Shown here: one piece after another, positions 42,005 to 55,520 of the stretch
Layout of the letters: each line of letters begins with the position of its first letter
Position numbering within the stretch: position 1 is the stretch's first letter
From: Adineta vaga
Taxonomy: Eukaryota > Animalia > Rotifera
DNA length: 64,000 nucleotides
NCBI GenBank assembly: GCA_021613535.1
Contig: CP075495.1
Location: 13,640,001-13,704,000 of the forward strand
Direction: 5' to 3'
The notes under the pieces: generated by a model
The model's input: only the letters and a program-made list of their open reading frames with translations
Database searches by the model: none
Told to the model about the DNA's origin: nothing
Translations under genes and position numbers: made by a program

Positions 42005-44306
42005 TTATAACTTAGCACGAATATGAGTGGATATTGGTTGAAATAGACTTGTTAACATATGACGAAGATCCGAGAATGTTTTTGATTTCGTACTGAAATT
42101 TAATGTTCGTAATGCATTACTAATCACATTTGATGATGATGCTAAAATACTGATAAGATTAGATGAATCAAGTTTAGTTAGTAGAGTTTTTTGATAAATT
42201 TTAATTAATAAGGAAAGATTTGTTTCTGACGAAAGATTTTCTTGTTGATAAATTAATAAATATGCACGTGCGTATTGTTCAAATGGATTTGTAATGAAAG
42301 AAATTTCTGATTGAAAATTTGTATTAATTTTATACGTTGAATTATTCAATGGAATTATATAATTCAATTTGATCCAATATGAAAGATATTCTTCGAAATA
42401 TTTATCGTTGAGATCATCGGTTGGAAATTGATCATAAACAAATTCATAAGCAAGTAAATGAATAAAAAAATGATAATTGATTTTTAGTTGATCGTATGAA
42501 ATTGGAATCTAGAAAGAAAGAAAGAATTTTGATCATAGTTTTGAGTCAATATATATTTTACCTGAGAATTTGTTTGACATGCTAATAGAATATATGCTGG
42601 TTTAGCAAATAGATGTAAACATGTATTTCGATACATAATTAACTTCATTAGAAGTGTAGCATCAACAAGACGATCACCGGTCATTTTTAATGTTAAACAA
42701 TTCTTTTCAGAAAGTTCAAAGACATCCGAATAAATCGTTAAAAGACGTTGTTTTAAACTATTTTCATCATTTTCCATTGGCCATGAGATTTGATAATGAG
42801 TAGAAAAATGTTCAGGAACACCGGTATTATCAGTAAATAATATTTTCCTATTGATTAACAATTGTTCAATCGATACCGATCGATTCTTTGATATTTCTAT
42901 TGATGTAGTAAGAAATGAGAATGCTGCAATTGTTATTGGATAGATTACAGTTAAACTTTGTTGTTCATTAACAATTCGATAAGAAAGTTCATCACTAAAT
43001 CTTTGTTCTGCGTCAGTAAAGACATCTTGTTGACAAATAGAACGTGGTTGAATACTACGTGGAATTGATCGATTAAATGCATCTGAATACATACGATTTG
43101 TTCGTTTTTCTTCATTAATTTTAAATATTTCATAGGCATCATGAACATAGATTGGTTCACTAAATTTGACAGTCATTGTTCCAAAAGATTTCTTTAAAAT
43201 TTGTGTTGCTTTTAATAGTCCACCTTTGGATTCTTTTGGTTTCGGTACACCTAATAATTCATTTGCATGTAAATTATCTTCTAAAACTTTTTCATAATTA
43301 ATCATAATTGGTATTAGAATTAAATTATCTACTTGTCGTCGAAAATAACATTCTAAACATGATCTTAACATTCCTTGACGAACTGGTAATAAGGTTTTTA
43401 ATGTTCTTGAACGTGTACCTTCAATAAAGAATTCAATTGGATAATCTCCATGAATTAGATGTGTTTTAACATATTCATCAAAGATTGTCCAATAAAGTAA
43501 ATCCGATCGAAATGAACGACGAATAAAGAATGCACCACAATGTCGAAGTAGATTAGCTAATAAGCCAAGACCAAGAAAATCTTGTGCAGCAGCAATACAT
43601 GGTAATGGAATATTATATTCAAAACAAATATAAGTTAAAATAATAAAATCCATATAACTTCGATGTGTTGGTAAGTAAATAATTTTAGGTGATGTAAAAT
43701 AATGTTTACTTGTTAATGGTGATGATAATGTATTCATCTTTAAATTTCTTGCGCCATTATCAGATGATGAACGTGAAAATGTATTTAATATAGCAAATAA
43801 TGTTGATGGAATCGTCATCGATGATGATGGTAATGTTGGAGATGTTTTGACAGGTGTTAAAGAATACATTTTATAGATTAAATCAATTCCATGATGATCA
43901 ATATAAATATTTTCATAAACTTGATTGAAGATTTTTGCAAATATAAAAGCAAGAAAACGTGCTGTACGAATATTCACACTATGTGACATTTCTTGAAGAA
44001 TAACCTTTGCTTGATCATATCCGTAGTTGTTTCTATAGCTAAGGATTCAATGGTATGTTTTAATGCTAAACTATTGAGAACATCCGATTTGATTTGTTCA
44101 GAATTTCGTGGTAATGTTTTATGATGAACTGGTGTGAGAATTGAAGATATTTGTGTTGTTTTATTAATCAATTGTTTCGATTTAATTGACTGTTCTTTAT
44201 TATCAAATAATGGATGATGCCATGTCTTTAATGACCATAAGATATCACTCGATTGTCGATGACGAATGATTAAATCATCATATTCAAGCGGATTCAAAAG
44301 AGACAT
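42005..44306 (-). CDS. GNPAT: Dihydroxyacetone phosphate acyltransferase (peroxisomal), with an apparent frameshift at ~44000-44050
   Basis: HRSYMDF (HxxxxD), GAFFIRR, FFIEGTRSR, ELLGVPKPKES, C-terminal PTS1 AKL. The N-terminal ORF and the main ORF are in different frames with no intron between them. Confidence 0.88.
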
Positions 44307-44337
44307 ATCTAAAATAAGAGAAAATATCATCTGACTT

Positions 44338-44997
44338 CTATTCATCTTTCCATAATTCTTTTAAATCATTGCTTTTCAAATTTTCAAGTGTATGTTTTAC
44401 ATAGGAACGAATTTCATTGTGAATCAAATCTTTAGCTCGCATTTGACTATTATCTTCATTAATTACATTGATATCTTTCCATTCATGAGATGATGAACGA
44501 AATTGTTCGAAATAGGATTCAACTTTAGCTTGAAATTGTTTGGTTTCATAACGTTCATCACCTGTGTGTAATAAAGAATTCGAATGTTGACCACGATGAA
44601 AATATAGAACAAGATCAGGTTTAATTAAACCTATATCACAGGATTGACACCATTTATGATCAAGACCTTTTGCTTGACTAAATGCAACACCAGAATATGC
44701 ATAACGATCAACAATTATTGTATAACCTTGAAGAAGTTTCATTCGCATTGTATCCATACATTCCCAACGATTTGCTGAAAATAGAAGATGAATTGTATGA
44801 TCATTATATTCAATTTTTCGTTGTAAATATGCATCAATTAATGAACCGATTTGTGTCGTTCGATCAGGAAATGCCAAACGTTCACAAAGAATTCCACATT
44901 CTTGAGAAAGATAATCATATAATAATTTACTTTGTGTTGTTTTACCAATTCTATCAAGACCTTCAAAAATAATTAAAACACCTCGTTTTGTACACAT
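44338..44997 (-). CDS. DTYMK: Thymidylate kinase, single coding exon
   Basis: P-loop RGVLIIFEGLDRIGKTTQ, FPDRTT, HLLFSANRWE, DRYAYSG, PDL, ERYE. Confidence 0.97.
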   Translation of the reverse strand: MCTKRGVLIIFEGLDRIGKTTQSKLLYDYLSQECGILCERLAFPDRTTQIGSLIDAYLQRKIEYNDHTIHLLFSANRWECMDTMRMKLLQGYTIIVDRYAYSGVAFSQAKGLDHKWCQSCDIGLIKPDLVLYFHRGQHSNSLLHTGDERYETKQFQAKVESYFEQFRSSSHEWKDINVINEDNSQMRAKDLIHNEIRSYVKHTLENLKSNDLKELWKDE

Positions 44998-45192
44998 TTA
45001 AAATTATTTAACAATGCAACAAAAATCTGAAAGAAACAAATTATGTTTAATTCATTCTCATTTTTATTATTCATACTGTTTAGAAAAGAAAAAAAATTCA
45101 TTATTAGAGTAAAGAAGAAAAAACAAAGCAAAACTACACCATCTATGAAATGACTACAGACAAACAAACAAATATTTTTTCTTTCTTGGAAA

Positions 45193-47756
45193 TTAAACTT
45201 TGGTTGTAATCCGTGCTTGAGTTAAATTATCTTTTAAACGTTCTAAATCTAATTGACGAAAATGTATATAATCATCATTTTGATTCAATTGATCTTGTAA
45301 TTGTTTAATATCTGTTTCTAATTGTTTACGTAATTCTAAACGTTGTTTATTTAATTCTAATTTATCTTCACGATCATTTGTACGTTGAATTGCTGATTCT
45401 TGTTCTTCAAGTTCTTTGAACATATTTAAACGTTGACGATAATAATTTTCCAGAGATTCTAATTGATTACGATAACGTGTGTGAAACAAAGTATTATATT
45501 CTTGTTTATATTTTTTCATTTCACGTAAACGTTCACGTTGAATACGAATGGAATCTTTATATGCTTGTTTTAAAATTAATTCTTCATTCGTACGTTTTTT
45601 TAATAAACGTTTTCGTTGATCAAGACAATAGTCTTGAAAATAACGACGTACACGTGCTTGTTGAATACGTTGATCACGTACTTTCGATTTTAATATACGT
45701 TCAGCTGATTGTTTTAATTGAATATCTTGCTACAATACAAAAATAATGAATATTTTATGTTATAAATGAAAGAAAAGAGAATTTACCTGACGTTGTAATG
45801 TTCCCAATTCTTTACGAAGAATATCAGTCATTTGATCATGTTTTTCTTTGGCTTTTTCAAGCTATACAAATAGATAGATAGATATATTTTTTCATTTTGA
45901 AAATCATGGTTTCTAATAATAACTTACATCATTTGTATTTCCTTGTTGAACATTCAAAAGTTCCATTCGTGCTTTAAAAACATTATCAATATGTTTACTA
46001 AATTGTTCATTTAATTTCGCTTGCATTTCATTGGAAACATAAATTCCTGGGAATTGTTCATTCAAAACTTGTACAATATCATGTTCATTTCCAAGTAATA
46101 AACGATGTTTATTCGTAAGTTTTACTTGATTCATCCGATCATTTTCTGTTAAAGTTGTTGAATCATTAAAATCATGTTTATGAATAATCGGTCGTACATT
46201 TAATGTATTTGTTGATGAACGAAGAAAGCCTTTTTTTAAAGAATTTTGTTTCGGTTTCGATGAAGCAGAATGAGAACGATGAAGTCGAGTTTGATGATCA
46301 GTTAAACGTAATGTTGATGTATCAATTTCATGATGTTGCATTGCATGTTGATCTTTTTTATTCTGAAGTAATGTTCTTGTCGATTTATAATCATCAAGAT
46401 CATCATCAAAATGTTGTCGAAGAAAATGATTTAAATTTTCTTTAGTTTGATATTGATCTTGAAGTTGTGTACGTATTTGATAGAATTCATCGCTATGATT
46501 TAATCGATTTCGACCTACTATTGTACTGCTTGTTGACACCATTGAATCTTGTAATTTAGGTCTAGAAAAAGTATTATTATCGAATTTTGTTCTTTTTCTT
46601 TTTTAATAGAGATTTTACTTTGTATGTTGTTGATGAATGTCATTTGATTTTATTGGAGAGGATTTTTCATTGAGAATTAAAGCTAGATCATCTTCAATTT
46701 CGCCATGATATTTATGACTATCAACATTAAATGTATCGTTAGGTTTAGTTGAGAGTTTTTTATCACTGTTTAAATCATTGAGTAATAAACGTAAATCTGA
46801 CGTTGTTGTGGACGGAGTATCTAAATAAGGACAAATGAAGAAAATATTCGATATTGAAATAGAAGATTTGCATATAAAAACCTTGTGAAATACGAGAAAG
46901 ATTAAGTGCATCAGATGACATTTGTACTGTTTGTTCAAAACGACGTAATAGAGTTTGATATTTTTCTTGTAAATCTTCAACAACATTGTCATGCTCAGTA
47001 GATTGTTGTTGATGTTTTCGTGTAGGTGAAATCGATGGTGAAACGATTGGACTAATTTCGGTAAAAACTAGACTATTTGGAGCAGCAATAGCATGACCAA
47101 ATGCACGTCGTCGATCAGCTAATTGAGCAATTTGAGCACCAAGAGATGATGCTTGAATACTTGAACGATCAGAGTTTAACGGTAAATTTGGTATTGTAGT
47201 TAGAGGAACTAATGAAGAGACAATTTTAGAAAGATAATCTCTCAGTTTTTCTTATAAATTTTACCTTCTTCTCGATCATTTTTTATCCAATGATAAACAT
47301 CTGTAAGTATTTCAAGTAAATCTTCCATAGCATATAGATCTCCATTAGCTACTTGTTCACCTGATATATGTGAAAGATCAAATTCAACTGTATCAAAACA
47401 TAAAGCATTGACCACAGATTGAATGTTATGTATTTCATCAGCAAGGTTACGAACAGGCATACGAACATCTATAAAAATTCAATCAATTCTATGCATTTAA
47501 GTTTATTACGAAATAAATGTTGATTTACCATTCAATTGACATGAACAAATTCCTTCATAAATTGGAATGAGTACTGGACTGGCAAATTCAGTAACGGAAC
47601 GGATACGACGATTAATACCAAGAGATTCAAGAAGATAATTTGTACCACGAATAATATCTAAATAGATCATTGTCATCATTATCAAATCATGTTTATCAAT
47701 GGTCGATGCCTACCAATTCGTTCAGGTGGTGGTTCCATATGTGGTTCTTGAACCAT
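45193..47756 (-). CDS. CEP95: Centrosomal protein CEP95-like
   Basis: N-terminal domain NIQSVVNAL...DLSHISGEQVANGD...LLEIL; C-terminal coiled coil with LESLENYY and DDYIHFRQLD. Confidence 0.8.
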
Positions 47757-48665
47757 CTCTTCTTCTTTAATCTAGAATTTATATTATATGCAATTTGAAT
47801 AGAAAAGAAGTAAAATTCATTTTATTATTATGTGTACAATTGATAAAAAAAAGCACAATTTTTATTTTTTATTTTTTTGCCATGATCGTCTTCGTTTTTC
47901 CTGTGTATGGACAGGTTCTCATACAGTGTGTATTAGTGTATATGAAGCATAAATGTGTGATTATTTTAGTTTTGTCAATATTACTAGCAGGCATGGAAGA
48001 AAACAAAAGGGGATTGAAGAATGCGCTGCTAGAAAGAAAAGATAAGTAAATACTTCTGTATCAAATGAACCAGAACGAGAGAGAAGAAAAAGAATAAAAC
48101 AACCGGAGCAAAAAGAAACAATTTCAAAAGACAACGACAAGGGAAAACACGAAATGCAATATGTATGAGAATCATTATGTAATCAGATTTATACAAAAAT
48201 ATATCAATTATTATCCTCGAGCAAGACTGTTGGGCACGAGGAGAAGAAAAGAAGAAGAAGAAGAAGATCTACTGTTCTCGCGAGTCATTCACACGCGATT
48301 TTTTGCTCATGCAAAAACCAAAAAGAGAGAAACCAAACGAACGTGGTACAAATATGAGTGAGTTATATAGATTTGAATCAATATATAAAAAGAAAAGAAA
48401 AGAAATAAACATAATTCAAGCTCGAGCTTAATGAAAAGAAAAATGATGGTTGATTAACGCATATTTAAATATTTCAATTAGAAGAAGAAAACAAACGAAG
48501 CTGTTGCTGCACGTAGTACACATAAATCTATATATATATATATGTATGCAAAACAAGGGCAAAGACGAAAGGTTGGACATTGAATTATATATTTTGTTTT
48601 ATTTATCAGTGAATACAAAAATAGAGAGCGGAAAGAAAATTTCACGATTTCTTTTTTCTTCACAA

Positions 48666-51600
48666 TTAGATCTTCGGTAATTTGGGTGCAGTAACTAATG
48701 GATTATTTCGTTCAATTAAACGTTTGCCTTCAGCTTTATAATCAAATGCACATGCGTGTGCTTCAGGATATCGATGTTCACTACAGAACGAACTTCCGCA
48801 TCTAAAATAATGAATGTACGAAAACGAGATTTAAACTAATCACTTGAAACCATTCTTTTACCTGCATTGATATGTTGTAGCTAAACCAGTTTTCTTTTTA
48901 CATAGAAAACATTTCGATGTAGATTTACGATTAACAATAACAGATGGTAATTTATTCGGATTATAAATAGTTGCTGCAGTCGATAGAAGACTACTACTCA
49001 CTGTTGAAGAATTATTACTTGCTGCACTTGACCATGGATTATTCATTTTAGAATCCAACTATGAATTTTTCAGAAAAAAATAAAGAATATAAAGATATCC
49101 AAAGAGTTTTTCATAGTATTACTTTGAAGCGTTCTTCAATAACTACATCACGCGATGATTGTTTGTAAGCTATACAAATCAAGAATAATAATCGATTGGA
49201 GTTGAAAATAAAATGCTTACTTGGTTTGACTGACGTTGTTTCTTTTGAAGCTGTTGTTAAGAGTGAAACAAGATGTTTTCCAACACCACGTGATGTATCT
49301 ACTGGTTCAATTGTAGCATTCTGTCGTAGAAGCGCAGTTACTGTTTTTGGTCCAATGGTTTCTGAAAAATAATTGATATAATGTTTGTTTTATACAGCAA
49401 TGAGATGAAATTAAAACATTGTACACTTACCAATAGTTACTTTTGTATTATCCAATGGAATCAAAGATGATGATGACGATGATGATGATGCTGCGTGCAC
49501 TATTCCTGTTGCACCTACAGATTTAATATCTTGCTGTTGTGATTGTTGCTGAAAATGTCGTTTTGATTGAGGAGGTGTTGAACTAAACATTGTCGTGGAT
49601 GTTGATGATGCAATTGGAGATGCTTGTGATGCTTGTTGTTTACCTGTTGTTTTCATTATTTCAATCCGTTTATTTAATATTAAATGTTCATTGAAAGAAT
49701 CTGTAGTATTATTCACATTTACATTACCATTACCATTATTTGTTAAATCATTAGATGAAGTATTAGAAATGCCAGTGTATGTCTGCTGTTGTGATGAAGT
49801 GATTGAATGTACATTTGCAGGGATACGTCTATATTTGGATAGAGAAAATGGCATTAATGGTCTCGGTGATGATTTTGCTTGTTGTTGATCAGTATTTAAT
49901 GGTTTATGATGATGATAGAATTGTTGTTTCGTTGATGGTAATGTTGATTTTTTAATTACACTCGGTAATGTTGGCATTGGTGTAATAACCGTTGCACTTA
50001 TCGAACTATTACGATGTTGAGATAAAATTGATTGACTTGTTGATGTACGTTCTTCTCCAATATATTCATCGCCAATATTTAATTGATCATCATCATCAGT
50101 CCAGATTGGTTTACTTAATGATGTATCATTACGACTTTGAATTTCTGCTGTTTGTTTTCTTGAAGTTTCTGTTTTATCATCACGTATTGATGCTGCACTA
50201 ATCAAACCATTCGTAGGCGAAATAATATCATCATCAAGTAATTCAAGCATTGGTGATGTTTGTGATTGTTGATAAACTAATTCACTACTTGAAGTAATTT
50301 TTTCTTCCTCATTATTTAATATACATTCAACATTCGTTGATACAGGTGATGTTTCACATAAACTAGCACGTTTTGTCATTGTTGCTGACAACATACGAGA
50401 AGATGTTGAAACAATCGGTACTTGTTGTTGATGTAATGTTGGTGATATACGAGAGATATAATCAACTAAAATAGGACCAGTACTTGTTTCATTTCCCGAT
50501 GTTGTTGCTGCAGTTGTTATGGCCGTCTCTTGACCAACAGGCCCTATGAAAAAAAAAGCAAATATTTTTTATCGGAAGAAATTAAAGCAAATATCGAATT
50601 ACCTAGTGTTACTGATGGATAACTAGTTGTTAAGATCGTATTCATAGAACTTTGTGCATATGAATCTAATGTACTAGCCGATTCATGTTGACCAATGAGA
50701 TTTTTCGTTGTACGATCTTGATGATGAGAATGATAAAGAGATTTTTTATATGGTTCCTGTTCATATTGATGTTTTTTGTGACAAAACACGGATGGTGAAT
50801 ACGATCTGGATGTTAATAAATGTTGCGTTTTTGAATTAACAGGTATCATTGATGGTGGAGGTGATAAAATTCGTTGTTGTTCACCTTGTACATGTTGTTC
50901 ATCATCTTCATCATGACTATCATCTTCATCTTCACTATCTTCTTCATGAAGAAAATCCGATTGTTCAATTGCAGCTGCTGCCAATATATTATATGTATTA
51001 AAGAGATTAGTGGATGCAAATTTATAAGGTACTAAACGAGGTGTTGATTGTTGTTCTGAACTTGAAGTACGTGGTGAATTATTTCCTTTCATACTTAAAT
51101 TTGAACTTGAATCAATGCGAATATTTCGAGGTTGATGTTCAATCAGATTCGATTTCGATTGTTTTGTTGTCGACGAAGGACGAAGTGAAAGCACATCCTT
51201 GAAAAGATAATATGAATATCATAGTAGAAATATTCGATTATTAAAGTTAATTCTGTAATCTTTACTTTTTTCTCATTTGTTTTTAGTTTTGATCGAATTG
51301 ATTCCATTTTTTCTTTTGTTTTACGATTATCATTTTGTCGTTTTTCATCCTTTTCACGTTCTGGTTCAATAGCGATTGTCTCATGTGTACTATACATTGA
51401 TGCGTTACTAATGTACGAAAAAAAGAAGAAGAAGAAAACGAAAGATTGAAATACTTTTATACAATTATAATCAAAAAAATCTTTCTTTTAATTTAATTTT
51501 CGAAAATTATTACCTGACAGAACCGGACAAAGGTGAGAGTGTACCGTCACCTCTGTCGATGACTTGAAAGAAATTAAATTGATCACCATCACGTAAAACA

Positions 51601-52013
51601 AGAAATGTTACATTTTTATTCGATGATGATGGTAATAAATCAGTATTGAGAATTGAATCATCCCGACTATTTTCCATATATTCGGAAACATCACGTAGTA
51701 AACTATCTTCAATTGGTACACGTTTTGTATTCACAGGACCACCACGCATAGCTAAGACAAGTTTAATTGTTGAACTTGCTTCAATTCTATAATCATGTAA
51801 ACATGATTCATCTTGAAGTTCATTTGATTTCCAAACAAGATGTTGATGTGAAACAGGTATACCTTCTCGTCGTTCAATTTTACGTTTTATATATTGAATT
51901 TGTTCATACGGTGAAACAAGTAATTCAAATGATGACCCAGCTAATGTTTCGATATTAATTGGAATTAAACATCGATGTGAAGGTGCAGGTGATGCTTGAC
52001 TTGTTGGCAACAT
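48666..52013 (-). CDS. ZFAND4: AN1-type zinc finger protein 4 (ubiquitin-like + AN1)
   Basis: IETLAGSSFELLVSP..EGIPVSHQHL..KLVLAMRGGP at the N-terminus; CFLCKKKTGLATTYQCRCG..FCSEHRYPEAHAC...APKLPKI* at the C-terminus. Confidence 0.92.
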
Positions 52014-52818
52014 GGTGCAGAAAAGAAGATCTATATGAGAGAGAAAAATAAAACAGAAATGCATGGAGAATTTTGAACGAGATAACTTCATTATACTTAC
52101 ATCATATCACAAAATGACAAAACAAGAAATCGATTGATTCTCGAAATGAGAGATTAGAAAGTAATCATCTAAAATAAAAAAAGATTGTTCCATACAATTG
52201 ATTTTTACTGTATGACAAATCGATTCGATTTGCTCGAAATTAAGGTCATATATTTACATGTCTTTTGATGCTGTTACTACTCATTTAATGATGGTGTTTA
52301 CATTTTCAGGGTGCATACTGCTGTAAATAGGAAGAAAAAAAAGAATCGAAAGAACGAATAGAAAAAAAAAGTAAACTTGTATGTGTAGTAACGGCTGCCA
52401 TATTTTGCTGGCAAGACACCTTATGGAGATCAAAGTTTGTTTGTTTCAAAGGAGAAAAGACTAAAAATTTATGTCAATATTGAATTGAAACAGAACAAAA
52501 AGTAGAAAATTACTTGTAAATCGATGCAAACATCGAATGATTTTATTCTAAAAAAAAAACTTTTTTTATTATTGTTTACAAAAAAATATCCAAGACATAA
52601 AGTGACATCTATATGTTCCTCCAGTGTTTGTTGTCACCATGATTCGATTAGTTTTTTATTCATTGCAATTCATAACTAATAGTAAACCAGCGAATGTGTT
52701 GTAAATAAATCAGTAGGAAAGAAACGTTTTTCTTTTTGTATTCAATTGTAAAGATTTTTATCAACAGTTTCTTTTTTATTTCAGATAATCATTCTTCTCG
52801 TCTCGTTACCATCATAGA

Positions 52819-53426
<608 letters not shown>

Positions 53427-53960
53427 TGCATCAAGCAGCTACAACAGCAAATCAAATGTGTGAAACGTTTTTGTTTTGTTGTACGTTGTTCTTATTAAAA
53501 TAAAAGCTATCAAGAAAAGAACAATAACTAAATAGGAAATTACATCCATATCTAGATCACTTATTCAGACTGAAATAATAGGTGAATAAGATTTGACTCA
53601 CTTGTTGGAATCTATATTAATAAAACTACAAAATACTTCTATTGTTCAATAGTATTTTGATTCAAAGATGTTTATAGATAAAGTTGTAGACGTTTTCTTT
53701 GCTGATATAAAACTGGTCACTAATCGTCAACTAGTATGACGCGTTTGAATAGAGAATTTCTCTCATGAATAAACAAATTTATTAATTAAATGCAATTTTT
53801 CTATGTTGTAAGGAACGAACAGATGTGAAATTTTCTTGTAATGAATAGTTAAATAGATATGTAATTCAGCCTCAACCAATAATCTAGCGAGCTCTTTTGT
53901 TTTTTTTCTTATAATCCAAACATTGGTTAATAAATCACCAATCTTCGGTCTTTCTTTTAG

Positions 53961-53992
<32 letters not shown>
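53961..53992. repeat. (GA)n microsatellite upstream of the LEA-like gene
   Basis: Direct GA dinucleotide run. Confidence 0.85.
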
Positions 53993-54092
53993 AGGAGGAC
54001 TGATTGCCGTGTAATACTATGTGACCTGCATTATACAAGAAGAGAAACAAACCGAAACACCTATACATTTTATACATTTACTGATCGAGAAA

Positions 54093-55116
54093 ATGATGAA
54101 TCGTATCGCTTTAAACGCTGTTGTGCGAACTGTCCGTTTTAATCCTACTATTAAATCGGTTGCTCCTTATCGATGGGTAAGTTCGAAATTTTCTTAATAA
54201 TGTAAACTAACTTTTTATTAACTTTTATTTTAGCAATCAAGTAATAGTGCTGGATCTTCAGCCCAACAAGCACAAGGAGGATCTCCATTTATTGCTGGTG
54301 CTGCTGGTGGACTTGCTGTTCTTCTTGGAGGTATGTTTTTTCTGATCACGAGGCAGAGACACGTGTAGTGATTTTTCAGTACATAAGACATAGTTCATAG
54401 AAATAAATATTTCCGAATGATTGTATTCATCTTCTATCATAGGCTTTGCATGGTATCAATTCAGTGGTACACGTCAAGTTGTAAATACGGCACGTGATGC
54501 TCTTAACAAAGCTCAGGAAATTAAGAGCAAAGTCAAAGAAACAGCTGAAGGCTCTGCTGATAGTGCAGCCAATACTGTTAATTATTTACGTTCAGCTTCT
54601 GCTACATTAATTCCTGGTTCAGCACCATTTCTTGGCAAAGTATTCGATCAAATCGAACAAATTAGCAAGGAACATGGTGATGATGTGAAGAAAATTTTTG
54701 ATGAAACATACAAAGATTTTGAAAAACTTACTAAAGACGGTGGTTTAGATTCACAAACAGCTGGCAAAGCTGTAGATATTCTTCAAAAACGTGTCAAAGA
54801 ACTTCAAGATTTAGCTGGTGAAGTTGGTGGTGATGCTTACAGTAAATTAGTATCTGACAATCCCAAATTGAAAGATCAAATTTCTGAACAATATGACACA
54901 TTAAAACAAACCATTGAAAAAGCAAAAGAGAAAAAACCTGAAGCACAAAAACTTCTCAAAGAAACTGGCTCTGAATTAGCTAAAATCTTCAAAGAAAATG
55001 GTGTATCAGAAAAAAGTGTTAAACAGGCACAAGAATTATTGAAAAAGAAAGCTGAAGAAGCAAAAAAACTTGGTGAAGATGTTGCTAAAGATGCCAAAAA
55101 AGATCAAAAGAAATAG
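54093..55116 (+). CDS. Mitochondria-targeted, membrane-anchored amphipathic helical (LEA/apolipoprotein-like) protein, 3 exons
   Basis: Arg-rich, acid-free presequence MMNRIALNAVVRTVRF; TM segment AGAAGGLAVLLGGFAWYQFSG; K/E/A-rich helical remainder. Confidence 0.75.
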
Positions 55117-55520
55117 ATGAAAAATCTTCATGTTCTTTTTCTTTCTGTATTTACTCCATAGTGTTTACACTCTCTATTTTATTCTAGCATATTTTCTCTT
55201 TTAGCTAAATGTTTTCTTCTACCTTTTAAAAAGTTGATTATGTCTTTCTTTTTCTCTGTATAACGTTCATAGAATATGAACGAATAAAAGTATTTTTTCA
55301 TTGCTAATGCAAAAAAAACACAAACATCTTATTTATCGGATTGAATAATCAAGATATTGAATATTGAGAAATCCTTTTTTTTTAATTATATAACGAAACA
55401 TTGATAACATCATGCTGGATACAATACTATTATAAACAGAAGAAAAATTCACAAAGAAACGTCGCTTTGTTTTACTTTTATAAATAGTAGAACAAAAAAA
55501 ATTAATGAGAAACAAAAATT

